Of a DNA stretch of 64,000 bases, positions 1 to 10,281 are shown one piece after another. The position numbers and the translations under genes were made by a program. Origin of the DNA: a virus. The stretch's first letter is position 1; each line of letters opens with the position of its first letter. The stretch lies in IMG/VR virus record IMGVR_UViG_3300008108_000039, positions 103,480 to 167,479 of that record. One strand, given 5' to 3'. A model generated the notes under the pieces. It ran no database searches and was not told the origin of the DNA. It worked only from the letters and a program-made list of their open reading frames with translations.

Positions 1-1567
1 CACCTGAAGATGAATATGATGCAGTAGCAGCTATAATAATACTTACTGAACCTGTTAAAGATCCAGTTACATTTAAAGGTGATGCTATTGATGATGTTAA
101 AAAGTTAAATGTCCAACCGTTACTAGCTCCTGATGCTGTAGTAAAGGTTATACTACCTGTAGCTCCTTGTTCTATTTGGTTTGAAGTTGCTCCTAATTGT
201 ACAGTTGCAGTTGGTGTTACTGTTGGGTTACCAGGGTTTGTTTTACTTAAAGCTCCTGTTAATGAAGCACTTCTAACAAGTATAGTTCCATCAGCAGGAT
301 TACTAGCTGTTACTTGTAAATTATATACAAAACTTCCAGAAGTTATTGTAGTATAATTTAATGTAGTTCCGGTTCCAGTTTGAGCTAATAAAACAGAACC
401 TGTAAATATTGAAGCTGAAATTAATGTATATCCATTATTAGACCATACAGCTGATGCTGTATAATCATCTAAAACTCTATTAAATCTATCTGTATTAAAA
501 GTAGAATTAAATGAAAATGAAGTTATTGAATGTGTTGCTGGGGTTCCAAAAATAAGTTTAAGTCTACCATCAACAAAAGTTACTGCTACTTCAGTAGAAT
601 AATCTAATACTTCTATTTGTGATAGAGTTTCTATACTAGAAGTTACATATTGTATATTCGATAAACCAGCATACGATGATGATAAAGCATAGGACGATGA
701 AATAGGATTTCCATTAGTCCATATACTACCACTTCTTACTAGTGATTGTCCTGTAGTTGGACTTGTTATTCTAACATCATGTAATTCATCAAGTTCATAA
801 CCGTTATCGATTCTAACATACATAGAACCATTAATTCCCTGAACTCTTAATACTTGACCTAATCTTACTCCATGTAATGGAGCTAATGGAGCTGAACCAG
901 TCATTGATCCGCTTGATGCTAAGAATAATAATTGTCCTGCTGTATAAAGAGATGTATCTATACCTAATAACTTACCTTCTGTCATTACATAACCAAAGGC
1001 TTGATCAGGTATATCTTGATTAGTTAATCCTAAAGTATTTGCTGAGTTAGCATCGTCAGTCCAATCCGCTAAAGCTATTAATGCATTATCACCTGTAGCT
1101 CCTGATATTCTAACAACTTTTCCTTTATCAATTTGTTGACCTGTAGTATTCTTAACGTATATAAGAACATCTTGGGTATTCATTGATCCCTCAGCAAATG
1201 ATGCTGATAAAGCATAGGATGAACTTATTGCATTTGAAACAGAACCACTAAAATATGATGCTGATAAAGCATTGATTGCCCAACTAGCAGTTCCGAATAA
1301 TGAACCTGTAAATCCTTGTGTTGCTGTAGCAGAACCTGTTATTATTAGGCTACCAGAAATAAAAGCCGAACCAGTAAAAGGAAATCCAGTTCCTGTTCCT
1401 CCACCACCGCTTCCTATTTCTACTATACTTTGGACTCCATTATCTTTTTTAAGGAATACCTTACCATCAAAAGTGTTTATGGCTAACTCACCAAGATCTA
1501 ACGATGAAGTTGTTGGAACTTTGCCAGGAACGGCACTGCGTTTAAGTTGTAGTTTATTTACAGCCAT
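1..1567 (-). CDS. Tail fibre / virion fibre protein, 5' part (runs off left edge)
   Basis: Not in the ORF track. ATG at 1567 gives MAVNKLQLKRSAVPGKVPTTSSLDLGELAINTFDGKVFLKK, a typical fibre N-terminal motif (LKRS..G..P...L..GELAIN..DG). An internal DNGYELDELHDVRITSP motif is present. The same frame is open at the window edge. Not every codon was checked. Confidence 0.8.
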   Translation of the reverse strand, partial: MAVNKLQLKRSAVPGKVPTTSSLDLGELAINTFDGKVFLKKDNGVQSIVEIGSGGGGTGTGFPFTGSAFISGSLIITGSATATQGFTGSLFGTASWAINALSASYFSGSVSNAISSSYALSASFAEGSMNTQDVLIYVKNTTGQQIDKGKVVRISGATGDNALIALADWTDDANSANTLGLTNQDIPDQAFGYVMTEGKLLGIDTSLYTAGQLLFLASSGSMTGSAPLAPLHGVRLGQVLRVQGINGSMYVRIDNGYELDELHDVRITSPTTGQSLVRSGSIWTNGNPISSSYALSSSYAGLSNIQYVTSSIETLSQIEVLDYSTEVAVTFVDGRLKLIFGTPATHSITSFSFNSTFNTDRFNRVLDDYTASAVWSNNGYTLISASIFTGSVLLAQTGTGTTLNYTTITSGSFVYNLQVTASNPADGTILVRSASLTGALSKTNPGNPTVTPTATVQLGATSNQIEQGATGSITFTTASGASNGWTFNFLTSSIASPLNVTGSLTGSVSIIIAATASYSSSG

Positions 1568-1637
1568 ATATATGGGTCCTTTTTAATAGTATATACTAGG
1601 TATAGTAGCTTATATAAGCCACGTATAAATATTGCTA

Positions 1638-1865
1638 TTAGTAAGAACCAGCATCAATAATGTCAACGTTTATTGAGCCACTTGTATTTAATGAAGCTGA
1701 TGCTACAGATGGAGCATTAACTATAAAGAATGAACCAGAAACATTTAATGCTGTTTTTGTTGGATTATCTTGTACTGCAGATAATGAGCCTGATACACTA
1801 AGTTCATTAGTGTTTGCATTATAACTAATATTACTAAGTATTTGTTTAAGTTTTAATCGTGCCAT
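1638..1865 (-). CDS. Small virion-associated hypothetical protein
   Basis: 75-aa ORF between the tail-completion and fibre genes. SGS-rich with a C-terminal IDAGSY motif of the kind seen in fibre-associated proteins. Confidence 0.6.
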   Translation of the reverse strand: MARLKLKQILSNISYNANTNELSVSGSLSAVQDNPTKTALNVSGSFFIVNAPSVASASLNTSGSINVDIIDAGSY

Positions 1866-1867
1866 TA

Positions 1868-2194
1868 TTATGCAAATTTTCCTATTGCTATTACTTCATC
1901 GTCTGCTTCTAGAGAAAAACCTATAGAATTTGTATCAAATGTTATAGATACTCCCCCCGAATAATTATTAAATGAAACAAAAGATGATGGAATATTTTGA
2001 CTGTTTATGAAAAATATAAAATTATTTATAGTAGTAGCTGGTAGTAAAGATGATGGTTGTAATATAGTAGCTCCAGTAAATATTGCTGTATTAGGAACAG
2101 TAATAATGTCTGCTTTAATAGATTTATTTGTATTAATATACAAAATATCTTGTGGAGATAGTGCTTGATTTATATTAATATATGCATTTGCCAT
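1868..2194 (-). CDS. Hypothetical virion protein; stand-alone paralog of the C-terminal domain of 2194..3447
   Basis: Shares NTNK.IKADIITVPN.A.FTGA, LPATTINNFIF.IN.Q and LEADDEVIAIGKF with the C-terminus of the upstream ORF. Confidence 0.8.
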   Translation of the reverse strand: MANAYININQALSPQDILYINTNKSIKADIITVPNTAIFTGATILQPSSLLPATTINNFIFFINSQNIPSSFVSFNNYSGGVSITFDTNSIGFSLEADDEVIAIGKFA

Positions 2195-3447
2195 TATTGA
2201 AATTTTCCTATTGCTATCACTTCATCATCTGCTTCTAAAGTATATCCTAATAAATTAGTATCAAATTGAACTCTAACACCAGAACCATCAGCTACGAACG
2301 AAGCTACAGATGAGGGTACATATTGTCCATTGATATAAAATATAAAATTATTAATTGTTGTAGCTGGTAACTGTGATGTAGCGGGTGGGTTTAATATTAA
2401 AGCTCCAGTAAATAATGCTTGATTAGGTACTGTGATAATATCAGCTTTAAGTGGTTTATTTGTATTTAAGTAGGTTAAATCACCAAGAGCCGCAGCATTA
2501 ATAGTTGTATTATAAACAACATTTCCATCACCAATAAATGAAGTGGAACCTACAGTATTATTAGCAGGCATTTGAGCAGCAGGATTAACATTATTAAGAT
2601 TTTCAACAGTTTCTAAACCAAATACAACCTGAGCTTTGGAATAATACATATTAGAGGCAGCTGCTCTTTTATTAATAGTATCTGGTATTAGGTATCCATT
2701 TAATGTTAGAGTGAAGTTTGTTCTTGCTGCCATATCTTCACCTTGTTGCATTATAGTTGTAATAGCAAAGTTATCTATTCTAACTCTAAAATTCCATCGT
2801 GAATAATCTCCCCAATATGAATCAGAAGCATATTCAATAGCTTCAATTAATTTATTGTTTTGTTCTACAAAGTTTGTAAATAAAACACAATCATAAGTTA
2901 CGGTTACATAATCAGGTACTACAGAAACATAGTATTGTTTTGAAGGTATTCTATTAGTTAAAACAGAAAAATTATCATAAAAGTTTTTAGCATTATATTT
3001 AGTTTCAAATACTTGAAATAAATGACTTTTATTACCATCTAATTTATTACCTAAATTTCTATCTTTTTCAACATTAGTACGATAATACATGATAAGAGGA
3101 GCCATTATCTTTCCAGCAGCATCACGATAATATCCATCGTTTTGAACAGCTTTCCATCTTTCAGAACTACCATATAATATAGGTACAGGAACACGAGTAT
3201 TATTTTGTATTACTGTAGGTTTAATAACATTACTAAAATAATAGTGTATTGCTTGATCTATATCTGTTAAACTAACAGCCATGTCTTTTACATCATCATT
3301 TTTATGTGATATATCTAAAGCCCTATTTCTAGAAAATACATTTTCCCCATCACCATCTGGTTTGCCCATATTACTTAAATATGGGTCAACAGATGCTTGT
3401 GATATTTCAGCAGCTGTACGTGGTCTTGGTTTTATAGGGCGTGGCAT
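2194..3447 (-). CDS. Tail completion / sheath terminator protein (T4 gp15-like) with an extra C-terminal domain
   Basis: VPVPILYGSSERW and VPDYVTVTYDCVLFTNFVEQNNKLIEAI resemble gp15 motifs. Lies after gp13/gp14-like genes. Confidence 0.7.
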   Translation of the reverse strand: MPRPIKPRPRTAAEISQASVDPYLSNMGKPDGDGENVFSRNRALDISHKNDDVKDMAVSLTDIDQAIHYYFSNVIKPTVIQNNTRVPVPILYGSSERWKAVQNDGYYRDAAGKIMAPLIMYYRTNVEKDRNLGNKLDGNKSHLFQVFETKYNAKNFYDNFSVLTNRIPSKQYYVSVVPDYVTVTYDCVLFTNFVEQNNKLIEAIEYASDSYWGDYSRWNFRVRIDNFAITTIMQQGEDMAARTNFTLTLNGYLIPDTINKRAAASNMYYSKAQVVFGLETVENLNNVNPAAQMPANNTVGSTSFIGDGNVVYNTTINAAALGDLTYLNTNKPLKADIITVPNQALFTGALILNPPATSQLPATTINNFIFYINGQYVPSSVASFVADGSGVRVQFDTNLLGYTLEADDEVIAIGKFQ

Positions 3448-3830
3448 TATATTCTACCTTGTTTTTGTAATGCTAATAATTTATCTAAAGCATTCATAGC
3501 TTTAAATAATTGATTATATAATTTATTAATTTCTTTAGCTGTATTTTTTATATCAGGATTAGAAGAAAACATAAATACATCAAATTCTCTTTTATTTTGA
3601 ATTACATCTCTTTTAATTTGATCAATTTTAGGTAAACTAATTACTTGAGACGTTGAAGTTTCAGGACGACTAGGATCTGGAGGTAAATTAACTAATATTG
3701 ATCCTTTTTTTAATAAGTCTTCATATTCTTCTGGTGTTAAATCAGCTATAGTAATTTCTTTACCTGGTTCTCTATCAGCGTATATCTTTTTTGGTTTCTC
3801 TAACTCTAATAAATCTATTAATTTTATCAT
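3447..3830 (-). CDS. Hypothetical protein with MIKLIDLL.E leader (putative internal head protein)
   Basis: 127-aa ORF, translationally coupled, carrying the shared leader motif. Confidence 0.7.
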   Translation of the reverse strand: MIKLIDLLELEKPKKIYADREPGKEITIADLTPEEYEDLLKKGSILVNLPPDPSRPETSTSQVISLPKIDQIKRDVIQNKREFDVFMFSSNPDIKNTAKEINKLYNQLFKAMNALDKLLALQKQGRI

Positions 3831-3832
3831 AA

Positions 3833-4402
3833 TTATAATCTTTCTAAGTTTATACCTAAGGTTTCAACACGAGCATAGTGTGCTGTAACAATAATTGAAA
3901 TTGATAAACCAAAATTATCATTATCAGATGAAAATGAGTATTCTGGTTGTTTACCTACAAAAAGTTGATTTTCTACAACACTATCAACTTCATAATAGTC
4001 ATTATTCCACACAATAACATCTCCTACTTCTGGTACTATATTATATGATGTTGATATAGTAGAAGTATACCCTCCAGCTACATATCTTATATTTGTATAG
4101 TTAATAGGATCTTCATCATATCCTGCTAAATCATCTTTTAAAAATCTACAAGTTATATCTTGATTAACATCAGGACCAAAATTATCTGTAGTCCACTCAG
4201 GTGGTGTTCTTTCTATTAAGCAATTTATTAATACAGGATCATTAAATATTTTAGTACCATTAGCTTCACCATATAAATTATGTTCAGATCTTTCTAAATT
4301 TATTTTATAATATCCTACTTGTTGTTGAATAATGTTGTTTACCAATTCACGATTGATATGTCTAATTAATGAGGCATCACGAGCGGTTCCAAATAAACTC
4401 AT
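3833..4402 (-). CDS. Neck / head-closure protein (T4 gp14-like)
   Basis: NLYGE, PEVGDVIVWNNDYYEVDSV motifs. Lies between the gp13-like and gp15-like genes. Confidence 0.7.
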   Translation of the reverse strand: MSLFGTARDASLIRHINRELVNNIIQQQVGYYKINLERSEHNLYGEANGTKIFNDPVLINCLIERTPPEWTTDNFGPDVNQDITCRFLKDDLAGYDEDPINYTNIRYVAGGYTSTISTSYNIVPEVGDVIVWNNDYYEVDSVVENQLFVGKQPEYSFSSDNDNFGLSISIIVTAHYARVETLGINLERL

Positions 4403-4406
4403 ATTA

Positions 4407-4745
4407 TTAGTATTGTCCTACTTTTTCAATAGTGTTAAAGCGCGGAATAAACTGTAATAAACCTTGTATTTTATTAGCTGATAAAGCATCCATTTTAATT
4501 GAGTCAATAGCAGCTTTAGGTTCTTTTAAAGCAAGATACTTTATTTTAAGTAAAGCATATTGGTGTTTATCAGTACTTTTACTTCTAAGAAAATCATTTT
4601 GTTCAACAGTAACTACTACTACGTCCTTTAATCCTCTAATTTCATTATAAATAAATACTTGGTTAACATTTTTTGAAGTTTTAATTAATACTTCAATTTT
4701 ATATAATACAAGAGCTTCTGTTAATATGTCTATTAATTTAATCAT
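4407..4745 (-). CDS. Hypothetical protein with MIKLIDIL.E leader
   Basis: 112-aa ORF carrying the shared leader motif. Confidence 0.7.
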   Translation of the reverse strand: MIKLIDILTEALVLYKIEVLIKTSKNVNQVFIYNEIRGLKDVVVVTVEQNDFLRSKSTDKHQYALLKIKYLALKEPKAAIDSIKMDALSANKIQGLLQFIPRFNTIEKVGQY

Positions 4746-5900
4746 TTAGAAAATATAAATTGGGAGAGGTATATTATTTAGTTGTTTTTGAATATATTCT
4801 GTTTCACTAGCTTGATTTTCAAGTTGTGTTTTACGAGATGTTACATCTAAAGTTGCACGTAATTGTGTTAAAAGATCTTCTTTTTCTTTTCTAGCATCAG
4901 TTAATAAATCCTGTTGATTTAATGTTACCTCAGCTCCAGGAATAGGTACTGTACCATATTTTCCTCTAACATATGCTAAAGTTTCTTTTATTAAAGCTAA
5001 AGCATATTGACGAATCCACTGTTTACCAATTGAATTAATTTGTAGATAAACTGGATTTTGGTATGGTACATTTGATACATTAGTAACTAAATTAGTTCTA
5101 CTATCTACTACAGGATTATTTCTTTCATCTACTAATATATAATGAAACCATAATTTATCATTGTATCCTGGAGTAACTGTTGTAGGTATAGGAAATAATC
5201 TTAATTTATTATTTACTAAATCAAATGAAAATGCTGATTTTCTAATTTGATCATTAAATTCAATAGCTTGAATTTTCATTACATCAAAGAAAATAGGCAT
5301 TAATAAAAAGTTAATACCAGGTGAAAATTGTCCAAACCCAAAGGTTTCAAGTAGTGATTGAATACCAGTACCTGTACCTGCATATGGATCAAAATAACGA
5401 ACAATTGCAGGAGGAGATTCAAAAAATACTTTTTTTACTTCAATAGATCCAGTTATACCTGAAGCCGATACAGCTGCTTGTAAATCATAATCTTGTACTC
5501 CTGATATTAAGGTACATGAACCAGTATATATATTAATTTTTCCACCAGTTCCCGCTTCAGTAGCATATGTTTCTGAGATTCGAATTATGCTACCCATATT
5601 AGGTGTTACAACAGCATTATTTAATGAATTTCCTGTTGTAGTACCTTCTAAATTAAGATAATTTTCGCGAACTTTCCATTGGTATACTTCATTACCATAA
5701 GTAGTAACTGCTTCTTCAAAAGCAGCATAAAATGATCCTGATTGTAATTCAACTTCTACTAAGGGGTATCCTAGACGACTTGCACACCATTGTGCTACTT
5801 TATCTGCAGATCCTGAAAATTCAGTATCTGTATCATAAAATCCAAATGGTGTTTGGCCAGGATTAAATGCTGATGTTCCATTCCAAATTGCTACGTTCAT
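4746..5900 (-). CDS. Neck / head-tail adaptor protein (T4 gp13-like)
   Basis: RLGYPLVEVEL and WIRQYALALIKETLAYVRGKYGTVPIPGAEVTLN match gp13-type motifs. Confidence 0.85.
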   Translation of the reverse strand: MNVAIWNGTSAFNPGQTPFGFYDTDTEFSGSADKVAQWCASRLGYPLVEVELQSGSFYAAFEEAVTTYGNEVYQWKVRENYLNLEGTTTGNSLNNAVVTPNMGSIIRISETYATEAGTGGKINIYTGSCTLISGVQDYDLQAAVSASGITGSIEVKKVFFESPPAIVRYFDPYAGTGTGIQSLLETFGFGQFSPGINFLLMPIFFDVMKIQAIEFNDQIRKSAFSFDLVNNKLRLFPIPTTVTPGYNDKLWFHYILVDERNNPVVDSRTNLVTNVSNVPYQNPVYLQINSIGKQWIRQYALALIKETLAYVRGKYGTVPIPGAEVTLNQQDLLTDARKEKEDLLTQLRATLDVTSRKTQLENQASETEYIQKQLNNIPLPIYIF

Positions 5901-5921
5901 TATTAAGTAGTATTTATCACG

Positions 5922-5930
5922 TATAAATAT
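5922..5930 (-). promoter_or_regulatory. Late-type promoter motif ATATTTATA (representative of about 19 intergenic copies)
   Basis: (T)ATAAATAT on the + strand at about 1624, 5922, 6616, 9630, 12792, 14712, 16315, 17986, 23582, 29050, 31646, 34941, 47099, 53378, 56531, 59388, 60926, 61755 and 62270, each upstream of a minus-strand start. Confidence 0.75.
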
Positions 5931-5932
5931 AA

Positions 5933-6601
5933 CTACTTTCCGTATTCGTATTCAAGTATTTTACCAACTAAATCGGATCTGTGGTTTTCTTTAAGCTTAA
6001 CCCACTTAATTTCTTCGATTTTTTTAGATAATTCGATAACATAATTTAAGCCGTTTATTTCGCCCGTTTTGGAGTTGATATCGGTCTGTTCATTATCACC
6101 GTTAATAACAATTTTACCACTTTTTCCTAAACGAGTTAATATAGCTAACATTTCTCCTTTAGTAAGGTTTTGTGCTTCTTCTACTATTAGAATATCATCA
6201 ATTGTTTTACCACGAATAAATTGTACTGGTAGTGCTTTTATTTTACCTTCTTCTATTAAATTAGGTACTTCATTCTTATTGGTGCAACATTTATTAAGAT
6301 TTTCAATAAGAGCTTCCATATAAGGATCAAATTTTTCATTTAATGCTCCTGGAAGATATCCTAATGATTTACCCACTTCAATTGCTGCTCGTGTATTGTA
6401 AATACAATTTATTTGTTTTTTCTTTAAAAAATCTAGTGCAGCTTGAGCACATACTAATGATTTACCTGATCCTGCTCTACCTGTTATAACTACAATTTGG
6501 TTTTCTATTATTAATCGTTTTGCTTCTTTTTGTTCTTCATTTAATTGAATAGAACTAATAGCTTTAATATCATTTTTTCTTTCCCGGTTAGGTTCTTTCA
6601 T
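5933..6601 (-). CDS. phoH: PhoH-like ATPase
   Basis: GRAGSGKS Walker A, LGYLPG, FIRGKT, EEAQN, LTRLG, GDNEQTD, NHRS. Confidence 0.95.
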   Translation of the reverse strand: MKEPNRERKNDIKAISSIQLNEEQKEAKRLIIENQIVVITGRAGSGKSLVCAQAALDFLKKKQINCIYNTRAAIEVGKSLGYLPGALNEKFDPYMEALIENLNKCCTNKNEVPNLIEEGKIKALPVQFIRGKTIDDILIVEEAQNLTKGEMLAILTRLGKSGKIVINGDNEQTDINSKTGEINGLNYVIELSKKIEEIKWVKLKENHRSDLVGKILEYEYGK

Positions 6602-6624
6602 ATAACATTATTTGATATAAATAT

Positions 6625-6657
6625 AAAAAAGAAGACCCGAACATTAAGTTCGGGTCT
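6625..6657 (-). terminator. Rho-independent terminator after the major capsid gene
   Basis: 10-bp stem AGACCCGAAC/GTTCGGGTCT with a U-tract on the minus strand. Confidence 0.85.
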
Positions 6658-6694
6658 CTTATTTATAGCCTTACGGGGCTAAGTTATATTAGGA

Positions 6695-8326
6695 TTAGAC
6701 AGTATCTAAACCGTGTACATACACCTTAGCGTAGTAGTCAGGACGAATCATTCTCTTAGCGTAACGAGTCATCAAACCTTTACGTGGAGTGAAGGTATTT
6801 GGATCGTAAAGCAATGGAGTCATGATTAATGGTACATAAGGAGCAAATACAGCACCACACTCTAAGAACTGATTACCTTTGTAACCCATTAAGATTACGT
6901 TCTCAGTCATGTATGGGTTTTTATAAACCTTGTAGCGGCTGTTTAAGCTACCTACTTTCTGAATACCAAAGTTAAACTCTGATTTTTCACCATCACCATC
7001 AGAAGCAAATCCAGGGATTGATTCAATGATAGTAGCAATTGTCGGAGAGATACACATAAAGTTTGCACCACCTCTTAAAGTTAATTGGTGAATTCTGTTA
7101 GATACTTTTTGTAGTTTAGTACCTAAAGTTTGATACCAACCACCTTGTGTATTAAAGAATGCAGAAGCAGCTGATACAAATGAAGTACCATTCCATACAA
7201 TGTTGTTATTAGCACTCCAGTAATCAACAGTGAAGGCGTTTTGAATCAACATATCTAATAACTCAAGATCAATTTCCATAGAAATATATTGAGATAAGAT
7301 ACCAGTTAATTCAGCTTCAGCATCTACACTATGATAAGCGTTAAGATCCTGAGCAAATTCTGGAGTCCATTGTGCTTTTAACTTACGAGTTCTAGCAACA
7401 ATAGGCTCAGATTTTAACGATACGTTAATTTCAGGAATATTGATAGGTTGAGCTTGAGAAATCTGACCAGCAGTAGCAGATCCGAATGCATCTTCGAAAT
7501 CACCACGAGCAGCAGGAGTAGTAGCTTTGTTATATTGTAATACACCAGAACCACTAGCTTGGTTCATACTAACAAGATCAGCAGTAATGAATACTAATGC
7601 GTTGTTAGAACCACTAAGTCTAGTAAACTGTTGTAACAAGTTAACAGTGTTAATGCTACCAACACCACCAGAACCTGAAACAAAGTTAAATGCTCTAATA
7701 CCTAAAGTATCAAAAGAGCTAGAAACTAAATCATAAGCAGATCCAGAAATAACAATTTTTCTTAAGCTACCAGTAGCATAAGTGGTATCAAAGAAAACAT
7801 CAGCACCAGTTACAGAAGCAGTAGTAAATAATACTGATTGAGTAGCGATGTTCAATGAGTAACCAAATTTACCAGCACCATATAAAGAACCAGTAGGGTT
7901 AGTTACGTTAGTAGTAGGATCAGCACTGTAAAGAGATTGGTTTAAACCTAAAGGCTGTACGTTTGTACCATATTTGAAATCCAAATAGAATACAAGACCA
8001 GAAGGTAAGTTCATAGGTTGAACGCTAACGAACTCTTTTGCAGCGATATCACCAAATACACGGCGAACTAAAGGTAAAGCAACACCAGCCCAGTTTTCTG
8101 AGTTGTAACCACCACCAAGTTGTGAGTTGGTACCACCAGTTTGGCTAGCTTCTGTAACTAATTGTTTAGCTTGGTTTTCAAGCAAGGTAGCCATGACATT
8201 CTTGTCATTTTCACCTTTTAATCCTTCTAACAAACCAGATTTGGTCCATTTAGAGGATAATTTTTTAGCGTCATCCATTACAACTTTGTATTGGTTTGAG
8301 CTTTCTAATAATTGTTGAATGTTCAT
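6695..8326 (-). CDS. gp23: Major capsid protein (T4 gp23-like)
   Basis: LLENQ, LPLVRRVF, VSVQPMNLPSGLVF, TRKLKAQWTPEFAQDLNAYH, FAPYVPL, FTPRKGLMTRYA. Confidence 0.97.
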   Translation of the reverse strand: MNIQQLLESSNQYKVVMDDAKKLSSKWTKSGLLEGLKGENDKNVMATLLENQAKQLVTEASQTGGTNSQLGGGYNSENWAGVALPLVRRVFGDIAAKEFVSVQPMNLPSGLVFYLDFKYGTNVQPLGLNQSLYSADPTTNVTNPTGSLYGAGKFGYSLNIATQSVLFTTASVTGADVFFDTTYATGSLRKIVISGSAYDLVSSSFDTLGIRAFNFVSGSGGVGSINTVNLLQQFTRLSGSNNALVFITADLVSMNQASGSGVLQYNKATTPAARGDFEDAFGSATAGQISQAQPINIPEINVSLKSEPIVARTRKLKAQWTPEFAQDLNAYHSVDAEAELTGILSQYISMEIDLELLDMLIQNAFTVDYWSANNNIVWNGTSFVSAASAFFNTQGGWYQTLGTKLQKVSNRIHQLTLRGGANFMCISPTIATIIESIPGFASDGDGEKSEFNFGIQKVGSLNSRYKVYKNPYMTENVILMGYKGNQFLECGAVFAPYVPLIMTPLLYDPNTFTPRKGLMTRYAKRMIRPDYYAKVYVHGLDTV

Positions 8327-8356
8327 CTTAAATTGAATTAAGGGGTTTAAAATTTT

Positions 8357-9514
8357 TTATTTAATAATGTTTGCAAGTTTTTGCATACGAGTAATAACAT
8401 CATTTGATTCAACTATTGTTGCCTTAGGAGCAACACCAGCAGCTTTAGAAGCAAATCCTAATGATTCTTTAATTTGAGTTTTCTTAGCACCAAAATTAGA
8501 TTTTTCAATAGATTCAAATAATTCTTTAGCTTGAGCCGGAGTAGTTGCTTTATCAAACGAAGCAATTACTTTTAATTTTTGTGATTCATTTAAATTTTTA
8601 GCTTTGAAGATTTTGTTAACATAAAGCAACTTAGCATTTAATAAGTTTACTTCATTTAACTCATTACGAAGAGCATTGATAGTATCGATTGCTTCTTTCA
8701 TTTCGTCTTTTTCTTCTTTTTCTTTTTTGTCTTTTTTCTTAGCTTCGTACATATCATCTTTATCATCGTCGTCAGCTTCGTCTAAAGCATCTAATTCAGC
8801 TAATAATTCTTCTAAATCAACTTCTTCTTCATCACTTACACCTACTTCTTCACCAGCATCTCCCATATCTACACTCATTTCTTCTTCACCACCGCCCATT
8901 TCTAGTTCATCACCAGGAACTCCTAGTTCATCACCAGCATTAGCATCTAGTTCAGCAGAAATAACATCTTTGATAAGGTCTTTTAACTGATCAACTGTAA
9001 GGTCAGTAATTTTTTCATCTTCAGCTTCAACTTCTTCCTCGTCATCAGATTCTTCATCTTCTTCAGATTCTTCATCTTCATCTTCGGATTCGTCTTTAGC
9101 TTCTTTTACTTCTTTTTTTTCTTCGTCTTCATCTTTTTTCTTTTTAGCTTCGTCTAATGAATCTTCTTCATCTAATTCAGCTAAAATAGCAGATAAATCG
9201 AAATCTTCTTCAAGATCTTCATCGCCTTCTCTTTTCATCATACCATTTACATCACCTTCTCCTGGATTTCCTTGTTCAACACTACCAAATCCTGTGTTTT
9301 GTTGTTCATCAGATGTATCGTAAGGTTGCATATAATCAATCTCTTCGATATCATCTTCTTCTAATTCCATTTCTTGCAATTTTGCAGAAATCATGGATTG
9401 TAGTTTTGGTGATAAGGCTTCTTCAAGAGCAGCTTTGGCATTTGCAAGAGCAGCTTCGCGTACTTGTTTAGCATCAGCGATGGCTTCTTTGAACAAATCT
9501 TTGTTTGTACTCAT
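8357..9514 (-). CDS. Prohead scaffolding/core protein (gp22-like)
   Basis: Highly acidic coiled-coil protein between protease and capsid genes. C-terminal RMQKLANIIK. Confidence 0.8.
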   Translation of the reverse strand: MSTNKDLFKEAIADAKQVREAALANAKAALEEALSPKLQSMISAKLQEMELEEDDIEEIDYMQPYDTSDEQQNTGFGSVEQGNPGEGDVNGMMKREGDEDLEEDFDLSAILAELDEEDSLDEAKKKKDEDEEKKEVKEAKDESEDEDEESEEDEESDDEEEVEAEDEKITDLTVDQLKDLIKDVISAELDANAGDELGVPGDELEMGGGEEEMSVDMGDAGEEVGVSDEEEVDLEELLAELDALDEADDDDKDDMYEAKKKDKKEKEEKDEMKEAIDTINALRNELNEVNLLNAKLLYVNKIFKAKNLNESQKLKVIASFDKATTPAQAKELFESIEKSNFGAKKTQIKESLGFASKAAGVAPKATIVESNDVITRMQKLANIIK

Positions 9515-9665
9515 TTTGTTTTTCTCCTTAAATTTTTTGTGGAAGTAAGCTTATTAGATCAAGCTTAATAGTGGGTTTATAAATACCAAGCTACCATAAA
9601 TGTAAGTGGGTAGCTATTATAGGATATCCATAAATATATGCAAAAATTAAAAACCGCAAAAAACA

Positions 9666-10280
9666 TTAACATAGAGGACATACCCCTGTACTTGTGCAAA
9701 TAATTTCTGTAATTAAACTATTAACTTTACTATAATCTTTGACAGTTTGTATTTGTTTTCCCTCAGCTAATTTCATATATGCTTGAGGTGTTGAAGGAAC
9801 ACTAACAAGATCCCAACAAAGTAATTCAAAATCGTCTTGTACTTCAACAGTTTCGCCTAATTGTTTAACACTTCCCATACCACGTGATGAAATACCAAGA
9901 GGAATGTTAGACATTACTAATGCTTTAGCTATGTTACCTGATGGTGTAGGTAATAGTTGTAGTTTACCCATTAGATCATTACCCTTCCACCATACTTCTG
10001 TTACAATATGTGAAGCATTAGATAAATTTACAACAGATGATTCAGGGTGATCAAGTTCTCCTAAAGCAGTACGTGTTTTAACAGGACCCTCTACATATTT
10101 TTTAACTTCTCTTTCAAGAATTTCACGAGGATACACACGACCATTACCATTCTTTTGTTCTGCTTCTTGTAATTTACCAACAAGGGTAACAAGAGATTTA
10201 CCTTCACCTAGTTGCTTATTTTCAGCAATAGTAAATTTAGCACTATAAAATGGGGTATGATCTATTAATAAGGATTTCAT
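9666..10280 (-). CDS. gp21: Prohead maturation protease (T4 gp21-like)
   Basis: NGNGRVYP, ALGELDHP, GISSRGMGS, WDLVSVPST. Start placed at MKSLL (10280), just after the upstream stop. Confidence 0.95.
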   Translation of the reverse strand: MKSLLIDHTPFYSAKFTIAENKQLGEGKSLVTLVGKLQEAEQKNGNGRVYPREILEREVKKYVEGPVKTRTALGELDHPESSVVNLSNASHIVTEVWWKGNDLMGKLQLLPTPSGNIAKALVMSNIPLGISSRGMGSVKQLGETVEVQDDFELLCWDLVSVPSTPQAYMKLAEGKQIQTVKDYSKVNSLITEIICTSTGVCPLC

Positions 10281-10281
10281 A

